Origin: Paramecium tetraurelia
Taxonomy: Eukaryota
Length of the DNA: 20,165 nt
Reading direction: 5' to 3'
Assembly (NCBI GenBank): GCA_000165425.1
Contig: CT868067.1
Location: 124,001 to 144,165 of the forward strand
Part shown: piece after piece, positions 1 through 9,900 of the stretch
How the letters are laid out: every line of letters starts with the position of its first letter
Position numbering within the stretch: position 1 is the first letter of the stretch
Notes under the pieces: model-generated
What the model was told of the DNA's origin: nothing
Seen by the model: the letters and a program-made list of their open reading frames with translations, nothing else
Databases searched by the model: none
Made by a program: the position numbers and the translations under genes

Positions 1-1430
1 ATATAATTGAATTTTTATAAGACAATAAAATATCCCATTCCCAATTTGAGGCAGCCTACCTCTTTAAGAGATTAGATTGGGACAGAGATGGAAGAATAAA
101 ATTGGGAGAGTAAATGATCTATTTAATGTTATAGTTTTCTCTAATACATTTTACCAAAAAGAAATAACACCTTAAGAGACATCGCCAAAGCCAGAACCCC
201 TTATTAAATTGAACCTGGAATGTTATTGCCTAACGAAGTTGAATTGGCACTTGCTGACTTATTTACCTAAGAAATCAATAATTACAGGACAATAAGCCAT
301 GCAAGATAGGCTCTAGTCAATTCTTTAGACTACTCAACCTTGGAGGCCTTCAAAACTCTTGATTTGTTTAACCAAGGTTTTCTGACAAAGGAAACTTTAT
401 CCCTATTCATGTAAAAGTAAGGAGCCCCATTGTTGAATGAAGAAGTAGACTCATTCTTTGATGCTGTTGATTTGGATCAAGATGGAAGAATATCCTATAG
501 TGAATTGGTAGAGGCAGTTCACTTGATGGAGCCCTTACCCTATAGATCAAGTGTTGTTAGGGACACAGACTATATTAGAGCAGTAGAAAATAATAGATCA
601 CTAGAAAGACTAGCTCTGCCTAGTTATCCTTATTATTTCTACCCATACTATCCCTATTATTATCCTTATTACTATCCATCTTTGAGATTGGAAAATGTTA
701 GACAAAGAGAAAATTCTCTCGAAAGATTAAGAAGATCAAGATTATAATAGATCGAGAGTGAAAATAGAATTATTCATTTGGAGAACGAAACAAGAAGAAG
801 TGCTGAAAGATAAAGAAGCGCTGAAAGATTAAGATAGATTTAAGAAGAAAGTTTGATTAGATAAAAGCAAATTGAGGAGTAAAATAGAATCAGAGAGCTA
901 GATAGGATAAGAGATGATGACTTGAGAAGAAGCAGAGAAAGAATAAGATTGATAGAAAACGAAGCAAGACTTAAGTAAATTGAGGCCGAAAGTAGGGCAA
1001 GAGATATCGAAAGAGAGAATAGATTATTAGTATTAGAAAGAGAGTAGAGAATAAGATAAGCAGAGTTGGAAAGAGAATTAATAGAAAGCAAAGTTAAATA
1101 TCAAAATTTGGAGAGATAAAGTTCTTTAGAGAGATTGAGATAACTTGAAGATATAAGAAGAGCAGAATTAGATAAATTAAGAACAAGCTCAGCATTGGCT
1201 TACTCTCCTTATTATTCCACATACACTTCAAACGTACCATATTATGAGAAAGTATTATAAAAATACCCATATTCTTTAATTGATTCGATAAATGCTTTTA
1301 AGTATTAGAATTTAATCTATTTATTAGTTCTATAAGAAGATATTCACCAATTAATAATAAGTCATTGGTCTAATCAACAATTTACGAAAGCCCAAGTAAA
1401 ATAAAGAAGTAGGAATTCAAGTAAAAATGA
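1..1430 (+). CDS. EF-hand calcium-binding protein with Tyr/Pro-rich tract and Arg/Glu-rich coiled coil (5' end outside window)
   Basis: Code-6 translation gives EF-hand loops FKRLDWDRDGRIKLGDF, degenerate FKTLDLFNQGFLTKETL and FDAVDLDQDGRISYSEL. These are followed by PSYPYYFYPYYPYYYPYYYP and a long E/R/Q-rich helix. Introns are 110-134 (25 nt) and probably 1302-1327 (26 nt), with TGA at 1428-1430. Confidence 0.85.
619..678 (+). repeat. Coding low-complexity Pro-Tyr repeat (PYY)n
   Basis: The repeated CCN TAY TAY (TAY) units encode PSYPYYFYPYYPYYYPYYYP. Confidence 0.85.
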
Positions 1431-1610
1431 TTAATACAATTTTCATTAATAATCTAAATACATATATTTGTTCTATTGCCCTTATTGTCACTCTAAAATG
1501 TGAGATGTCATAAACAACAGCTAAAATCAAAAAGAAATTTCAACGTTGTATACATTTAAATAAAATATCTCTAAATCAGCCTAAAAGAATAAAATATAAA
1601 AATTTAATAA

Positions 1611-2709
1611 TCATGCTTCGCTCTTCTATCTTTTTTCTTTTCCTTCACTCCAACAACTTTCATTTTAAACTCCATTCTTATCTATTAGTATACCCTTCCC
1701 ATGTTACTTCCCATCTCTAAATTCTCCTTTATACATAGTACCATCCGCCCATTTGAATTCTCCTTCTCCGTGTTTTTGATCATAACAATAATATCCTAAA
1801 TATTCCCTTCCATCAGGCCATACAAAATGACCTTTTCCATGCATCTTACCATCTTTAAATTAACCCTTGTAGATTCTGCCATCTTCAAATTTCAACTCTC
1901 CATAACCTGTAATACTATCATTTTCAAATTATCCAGTGTAAATATCTCCATTAGGAAACTTTGCTCTTCCTTATCCTTGTTTCTTTCCCTAAAAGAATGT
2001 TCCTTCATATTCCTATCCATCAACTAAGATTTCCTTACCTTAACCATGCTATTATATTATTATCAATTACTTTTTAATCCTACAACCATTCTCCTTCATA
2101 TAGAGATCCATCAAATTCATAAAATGTACCATAACCATTTGCCATATTGTTTTTCCAGTCTCCTTCATAAGCATTACCATTAGAATGTATAATTCTCCCT
2201 CTCCCATTGGCCTAATCAAATTTCCAATAACCTTCATAGATTGATCCATCAGCGAAATATTGTTTCCCTCGTCCATGTCTCAACCTGGAAAGCCACTAAC
2301 CAACATATATATTGCCTTAGTTTCTTTTGTGTTCCTAAATAATGGTTAGAGTGTGTACATGAGCTATAAAGAATCTGCATTCATTAAATTCTTAAGGAAG
2401 TTTTTTATCGAATTTAAACTTTCCAAGCTTAGTTTAAGTCGTTAGAACATTTTATTCCATACTTTTAGGTTCCTTGCTTTAAACCCAAGCATCACCCGGC
2501 TTTTCTTTTTCAGCTTCTTCCTTCATCTATGCTGCAACGTTCTTTGCTTTTTTTTTTCTCATTGATGATTATATTTTGACTATTTCTTCTTAATGCTCTT
2601 CAAAGTTGATTTGCTCAGGAACCAAAGTTGGCATTACTTAAGGTTCGAATTGTCTATATTCTCCATTTTGCATTTCCCCTCCCTATTAAAATGAACAACA
2701 AGCACCCAT
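1611..2709 (-). CDS. MORN-repeat protein with N-terminal MGACCS acylation motif and IQ-like segment
   Basis: ATG at 2709 (MGACCSF). An IQ-like IVKIQSSMRKKKAK is followed by repeated MORN units (YVGQWLSRLRHGRG, YEGYWKFDQANGRG, YEGDWKNNMANGYG, YKGEFRDGKQHGKG). Intron 2049-2070 (22 nt) is needed for the frame, and 2335-2358 (24 nt) is a possible intron. TGA at 1613-1611. Confidence 0.9.
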
Positions 2710-2739
2710 AGATAATTATATATATTAATAAATATAAGA
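2710..2739. promoter_or_regulatory. 30-bp divergent intergenic region (putative bidirectional promoter)
   Basis: Only 30 almost purely A/T bases separate the minus-strand ATG at 2709 from the plus-strand ATG at 2740. Confidence 0.55.
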
Positions 2740-3535
2740 ATGGCTATGATATTTTATTTAATGTCAGCCATCACATTGCTGATTCCTTTTCTCTTTAATC
2801 TTGAGGATTATATCCTGTATTATGACTTTGCCTCCCTCCTTTGTGTATAATAATGGATATTTGATACTAATAGGTAATTCAAGTTTCTTGAATCATTGCT
2901 ATTAACTGTGGCTATAATGTTTGCTTAATCTTTCACATTAAATGTAAAATTTTTACTAGCATCAGCTTATATTTTTTGATGAGAATGTGTTTTCTAATTC
3001 TGACAACATATATCAAGCCTGTATATACATATGCCTAACCATTATTTTTGCTAATCCTATTAGTATTAAATTCCAAGATAGGCTTGCTGCAAAATACGAA
3101 CCCTTTCCATACTCTGTTATGATGTTTGATAAAGTTGGACAAGCTCTGACAATAAGTAAATTAATAGAAGCCTTAATTTTCGATAAGATTTAATTTACAC
3201 ACTCTTAATTCCTTCTGTCTGCACTTCTTATGAGTTAAGTACCAATAGTTGTTTTGTTTATTGGATTAAGAGAGTATCATTCAACATCGGCTTCTTATTC
3301 TAAAATTAAAGAATTGGCATTAGAAAACTCAATAATCTACCTAATCACTTCATTAGTATTTATGTACTTAAAACATGCCAATATAGTAAAATTAGATTCT
3401 TAGACATAATAGTATTTATCAATTATCCAATTTGTTTTATATTCAAGTATTATTTAGATATAAATTATAGCTATTTATTATTAGGCCAAAAAAGTTATTA
3501 AATAAAGAAATCAATCAAAAATAAAATAATATTGA
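2740..3535 (+). CDS. Multi-pass membrane protein of unknown function (about 6-7 hydrophobic segments)
   Basis: ATG at 2740 (MAMIFYLMSAITLLIPFLF). Intron 2944-2965 (22 nt, GTA..CAG) removes an in-frame TGA and joins the 2987-3193 ORF frame, which reads through TAA/TAG to TGA at 3533-3535. The product has several hydrophobic stretches. Confidence 0.75.
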
Positions 3536-3569
3536 AAAATAATAAATATAAAATTTAATCAAAATCATA

Positions 3570-5052
3570 TCACAGCATCTTATTTAGAAGCTATTTTCTT
3601 AAAATTGACTTGCTTTTTTTTGTCTTTTTATTGAGATGACTTGAGAGAAGACGCACAGATTTCGGACTGGAGGAAAAGCTTTTTTCAACAGAAGTTGAAT
3701 CGCCTCGATTTAGAGGTGGAAGCTTTATTGAATTTGCAGACTAATCAGCTTTGTCTTTATTCTCTTGGGTTGGGATGAATTTACTCATTCTTCTAGGAAG
3801 AATGGGTAACAATTATTAAGCTATAAACATTTTTGAATTTCTTGGTTTTTATGGAATTCTAAAGATATCAAATTCCAGAATCTATTCACAGGTTAAAATC
3901 TCCATTTTGTTATTTTACCTATCTGTAAATATCATCTCAAAAAATCTTTAAAGTTGAGGACATAATCCCATAAACTCTATCCTAGTCAAATATTAAAAAT
4001 TCTTCATCAAAAGTTCATCCACCACTTAATTTAAATTATACACTTTTTTTGTGAAAATCGTCAACATTAAAGTACATAAGGAATATATGTCTCTTTTAAT
4101 GCACAAATTAATGATCTTTTCTTAATCTAGATGATTACTAGAAGTAACATTACTCCTTTTGGAAGGAATTTACATAGCCTTTCCAAAATTAATCAAACAA
4201 GGTGTTTACAAATCTTGTGAATCTTTTAACAAGATATTTTCATATCTAATATCATTATGATAAATGTTGTTTTAGTGGAGACTATGTAAACTACTTATTA
4301 GAGTATGCATAACTTTTATCTTTTCTTATTCCATATAATGGTTATTTAAAATCTGATGTTCAATGGGTCCACCTTCCAGTAATTCTGTAATTATATATAT
4401 ATTCTTTTCCCCTTCATAAATCTCTTCTAATTTTAATAAATTATTGTGTCTGATTTATCTTAAGATATTTATCTCATTTAAAAAGCAATCCTTTTCGAGT
4501 GTGCTACTCCTTGTAAGTGTGGATTTTTCAACAATTTTCGCAGCAAACTTCTATCCACTTAGGAGATGCCGAACTTTATAAACCTAATTTTAAAATTATC
4601 AATATTACAGATGATATATATCCGCTTCCAATTTTTTCAATTATATGATATTTCTTTTAGAACTCTGATTGAATCACATATTTTTTTAATTTTTCAACTA
4701 ACTCTAAGTTGGTACCATAAAACTCCGCCTGTTGACCATTTTTACTAAGTCTTATACCAAGTTATTAAGTTTCTGAATTCATGACAACTCGTAAACAAGC
4801 ATTTTCAATTAGAATATATTTATAAGACTTCTATTAAATATTCTCAAATTTCAATACTTCTTCAGTGATTTTTAGATAGTTCTCTGCTAATTGAATATTT
4901 ATTTAGGTAACCCTGTTTGTATATTTCATTTGAAAACTCCCTTAATCTTAGAATTGCAAATTTTGTTAAGTAAGCTGTGTAAATAATTGGTTTCCATCAT
5001 TAAAAAAAGAAGTTTTCGAGTGATCAGCTTGCAATCCTCCACTTTTTTTCAT
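3570..5052 (-). CDS. CAMK-like protein kinase-domain protein, probable pseudokinase
   Basis: ATG at 5052. An N-terminal extension precedes IGSGYISSVYK, FAAKIVEK, NEINILRQIRHNNLLKLEEIYEGEKNIYIITELLEGG, HNDIRYENILL and LINFGKA, with no APE motif. Introns are 4584-4608 (25 nt) and probably 4831-4857 (27 nt). TGA at 3572-3570. Confidence 0.85.
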
Positions 5053-5468
5053 TAAAATATTAAATAATTAGGATTCTTTAGTTATTTATACGCTTAATAC
5101 TATTGATAAAATATTTTCTTTCTAAAATATAAATATTTTGCTTATTGAAACAACAATTGAACCAAATCATCTGGATGCTTCTCAACTTTTATTTCCAGAA
5201 TATTCTTACTGATATTTGAATTATAAATATAAAATTGGTGAAATAAAAATTATATTGTTTAAAACCCTAAATTATATTTGAATTTTATGTTGATACGACT
5301 AAAACCTAATATTAATCTAATATTAAACAATTTCAAATTGATTGATATAACTAAGAATTTAAGTTGTTTTTTTTAATATAGGTAATAAAGTGAATAAAAA
5401 TGTGGAAATAATTTAATTATTTTATATAATAATATAGGAATATGCGATTGATACAAGTATCATAATTC

Positions 5469-6861
5469 TCAAATGTTTTCAAGTGTTAAAATATTAAAAT
5501 CTTCGTTTCCATAAATCTTATCTCTATCTGATGCTTAGATAGAATCATCAAAAGGAACGATAGTATTAGAGCGATTGTTAAAATCTAAATGTAGAGGTAT
5601 CCCAAATTTGTGTGATTGCGATATCTTATTTTTATCTATGGATAATTGTACTAAGAATTATAGTCTAGATATTTCATATATTTAATTGATAACAGTTTAT
5701 TTTTTTAACGCTACTTATTTTGCCTTTGTGTAAAACTTGTTGAACTCAATTAAATCGATTTAGCTGTTAAAGTGCTGGACTGATTTAATTTACCCAAATA
5801 GATTTCTATTGATACTTAATTCCTTAAATTATGGATAATAACAACTAATTATTTATTGATTTAAAAGCTCTTCTAATAAATATGTGTTCATAGCAATTGC
5901 TAATCCTTTCAACATCATTAAAGTTGATATAATAGAACCAACATCAGCTAGAATTTCAGATATTTTAGTGTATTAAATCGATTAGATTTAAGCCAATTGA
6001 TTTAAGTTGAATTCATAGACAGCTATTAATCCATTTAAGTAATTCTAGAAGTATGCTTACTTTACAGATTGAGTAATTATTTAAACGTCATTAACAACTT
6101 GAGTTTCAACCATATTGTCAAATAAAAATCCATTATTTATGATATTCTTCTGCATTTGAAGTTAGAATACATTTAATAGTGTTACGTCAGTCTCGACAGC
6201 ATATGATAATGATTTAGTGATTCTTTCAAACTAATTTGTTTAAGCATTGAAATAGAGGAAATTCATATCAATTTTCATGCTTATTCCTGAAAGTCTAAAT
6301 TAAGAGAATATTCTCTTACTCTAAGAATTATTTGATTTTTTCATCCGAAGCACAATTGGCTGATGATTTCTTATCACAAATTTGAAGTGCAATTAAAGTT
6401 TAAGTTGGATACAAAGAAGTTTGGCTATTAGTCAAAGAAAAATTGAAATTATCCAAAACAATTTTATTATTATTTTAGGCTTCAACATTAACAACTAGAA
6501 ATATTTAAACAAAATTACTATTGATACTTTAATTTTATTGTGTAATTAAATACGTTTGAATTATCATTTCATTTGAATTTAAAGGATCTAACTATTAAGT
6601 ATTCTAATCAAAAGAAATGGATATCAAGGGATAGTTTAATTATAAATCAACATTATTTAATACCTAATAGGTCTGAGTACTTTTTGGATTTATGTTACCT
6701 ATTAACCAAGAGTGAAGCTTATAAACAAAGTAAAGTAAACTTAGCGAATATAGAGCTATGGTAAAAAATCCGCCAAAACTACTTTTGTATGTCTTCTTAT
6801 TTGGCATATAAGGCTATTCATAAGAAATTCCGAATAAATCCAGATTGTGTAAAAATTTCAT
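5469..6861 (-). CDS. Ciliate two-transmembrane protein with a large extracellular loop (DEG/ENaC-like topology)
   Basis: ATG at 6861: MKFLHNLDLFG...YKSSFGGFFTIALYSLSLLYFVY (TM1), a loop containing the CDKKSSANC Cys pair, then YTKISEILADVGSIISTLMMLKGLAIAM (TM2). Intron 6295-6319 (25 nt) is required for the frame, and 6495-6518 (24 nt) is a possible intron. TGA at 5471-5469. The DLFG/KSxxGG pattern is typical of a large ciliate membrane-protein family. Confidence 0.8.
6301..6318. repeat. Perfect 18-bp palindrome inside a 25-nt intron
   Basis: TAAGAGAATATTCTCTTA is its own reverse complement and lies within the minus-strand intron 6295-6319. Confidence 0.9.
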
Positions 6862-6928
6862 TATTAGTTGTAAAATTATATTTGATATTAATAATGCTAT
6901 TGAGATAATAATTATTAGATAATTAATT
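6862..6928. promoter_or_regulatory. 67-bp divergent intergenic region (putative bidirectional promoter)
   Basis: It separates the minus-strand ATG at 6861 from the plus-strand ATG at 6929 and is very AT-rich. Confidence 0.5.
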
Positions 6929-9900
6929 ATGCTATTAATTATACTAGTTATTCAGATTGCGTATGCATAAAATGACGTTCAAATTCCTACCCTAATTATG
7001 TAGACGATGCATGAATCCTATCATTATGATTTGTTAACAAAATACTCAGACTATTTGAATCCTGAAGTTGAGGTTGTAAATATTGAGCCTATGAATAATT
7101 TCACCCAAGAAAAACCTAAACCTAATTATACAATAACAGAATTGAGCTAATATATCAACACTGTTTAATTTGATAAGTCTTATCAAACCACTTCGCAATA
7201 TAACTTAAAAAAATACCCTATTACTATTTTCCTATGCAACAAAGATGTTATCATATTAGAATACACCAAAAATGCGAAAAATTAAATGGACATCTATTCT
7301 CATCATGAGTATGATTTAACAAATACAATAAATGATGTAAAATCATGTACAACTATGTATGGGCTGTTTGACGATTTAAAAGTAAACATTGATTGTATTG
7401 ATCAATAAAATACCTTTATAAATGTGATTCTGGAAATTATTTTAAATAGAAACATGAAAATTTAAGATGTTTAATTTACTCTATAATTTTATAGTTTTGA
7501 AAATTTGTTGGGTTCAAGCGAATAGGTCACAGCATACTGGAATAACTGTAGGAAAAAGGATATAAAATATATAGTGCATTATTCATAAATTAGTAGAATC
7601 TTTTATTGTTTATATGGTATATATCATAATAAAATAAGGTAATTTGCTTCAACCATAAGATCAAATAATTTTAATTGAAGAAAGCACATAGTTAGTGGAT
7701 GATATCTATATAATAAATGTGTATGTTCTTGACCAGCATAATTTTGTTAAGTGTAATAGCGAAGAGATTGTGAACTATTTTTATATCAAGTAATTGATTG
7801 CTAATTCCATCACCAGAATAACAGAATATACAGAATATGAATAATAAAATAAATGGGTCATTAGTTTATTATTAGTTGACAGACATGGAATTTGTAAATG
7901 TGGCAATCTAATGAAAAATAAAATTTAGTGTGACTTTCTGGAGCTGCAAGAAGGACTTTACACAAACCTATACTCTTCATCTTATTTAGAGGAAATCACC
8001 TACATCTATGTAGCCTCGGAAATCTTACTCTATAAGATAAACTTCTATTTCACTTTTCTCACAGATCAAGATAAAATCGAAGGATACTTTTACATCAAAT
8101 AAGATGGATTTAATTTATAAAAGATTCATATCTATTATGATTATCTAATTGTTGTGATGTCAAAAAAGACTAATATCACCAATGATAATTATTTACCTTA
8201 AAAGATATTGTTTTTCTAAAAGAAATACACCATATAATAATACGTTCCAAATTACATCATAGATACTACTACTAATTATGGGATATTCAGGGTTAATTTT
8301 GATGAGTTTCCTGGTAGTTATTATTTGGAATATAATTATAAAATGTAAAATCTGAGTTTGCATTAACTTTAATGCAAACATTTAATTTTTACCTATGATT
8401 AACCAATTGCTAATAAGAATTATCTTATGTTTTAGATTACTTTGCAAATTATAAGTCTTAGTATTACAGCACAGGATGTGTTTAATTTGGTGATATCTTA
8501 GTTTAATGATGATTCATTCTTTTTAATAAAAGAAAATGTCTATGATGATTTGGTTTTTAAATCTGAACAATTCAATTTCAATTTGAATACCAATCTTCTT
8601 GGTCCTTTATTAAATTATCATGAAATTGAATGGGAAGATAATCCAGTAACAGCATCATCAGTCATTGAATATATAAGAGAGATTAAGTTTATGCATTTTA
8701 AGTCTGAATTTACCAAAATATTTTCAGGTTTATTTGTTTATAATGAAATAAATGCTTACTTCTCACTTGTGGGATTAATAAAAGATGAATCTAATGAAAT
8801 TGTCTTAGCGTATTAATAGTTTAAGTATGATAAAGTTAGATTTGTTGAAGAAGGAAAATTAAAATAAATAAAACTGGAGTAATTTTCTTTCTAAAACATT
8901 GATTTTTTTAGTCTGAATATTTTAACTGTTATAATTGGCGATTCTGCTTCAAAGAAATATGTTCTATGCTATAATAACTAATTTTCTTCTTGTTCCTAAT
9001 TGACTGGGTATTTATTCCTTGATAATTTATAGTGATTTCTTAAAAGAGTAAGATACCTATGATTATATTCAATTAAATGAATTTAGGTGTATAAATGATA
9101 CTTTATTTGCAATACCTAATAATCGCAAGAAGATTATATTGTTCAGTCTGACTTGTAAAATCTTTATTGTCTCACAAATGGAAGTTTAAAAAATGGGCCA
9201 AATTGATTCTGAAACAATTCCAGAATTGGATGAATTTGAAATATTAGATACCCAATTTGAAATCATTGATAATAAATTATCCTTCCTACTATTAAGCGAT
9301 GGAAGCATTATGTAAATTATAACTTATTACTCAATATCTGATTATAAATTGAATTACAAAGTAATCAATAAAATTAAAGAACCAGATTGTATTCCAATGA
9401 TGAAAAATTCATCCAAAATCTTTTTTCAATTCCATCAAGATAAAAGAGTTTTAGTCTATATTTGCAATGAAAATTCAGAAAACTAAAAAATCTTTGAATA
9501 TGATCTATAGAATCCATATAATCCATTTTTAATCAGAAGGTACTCCTTATTCAACTATTAAATTAACAACTTATTAAAACCTTTTAGCGATTCTCAAGTT
9601 GTTTATATTCCAGTAGAGGCTAAAGGATATTTAGCCTATTCGCCTTTTTTCCCATCACCAAATATTTTACTTCATGATATCCCTGTGTCAAAAGATTTAA
9701 TCAGCGCGATACCAGTTGTTGTTAATAATTTTGACACAAATGAATGGGACATATTTTCAATGGCATTCTTCTTTGATAAAAACGGTGGTACCTTATTTTA
9801 TTTGAATTCTAATCCTGTTTATTATAGCGTTTTGAATAATGACGATACAGAATCTAAAAAAATGATTATGGTATATCAATAAAATTAAGATTCTATTATC

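Noticed and set aside
840..1091. Minus-strand 83-aa Leu/Ser-rich ORF
   Set aside because: It is the antisense shadow of the Arg/Glu coiled-coil region of the plus-strand EF-hand gene.
1827..2276. ORFs 1827-2027 (+) and 2067-2276 (-)
   Set aside because: They are antisense and wrong-frame readings of the MORN-repeat gene.
4566..4748. Plus-strand 60-aa ORF
   Set aside because: It is antisense to the pseudokinase and spans its intron.
5600..5660. Apparent frameshift near the 3' end of the two-TM gene
   Set aside because: Recounting the A-run shows the frame is continuous (SIDKNKISQSHKFG).
6573..6764. Plus-strand 63-aa ORF
   Set aside because: It is antisense to the two-TM gene.
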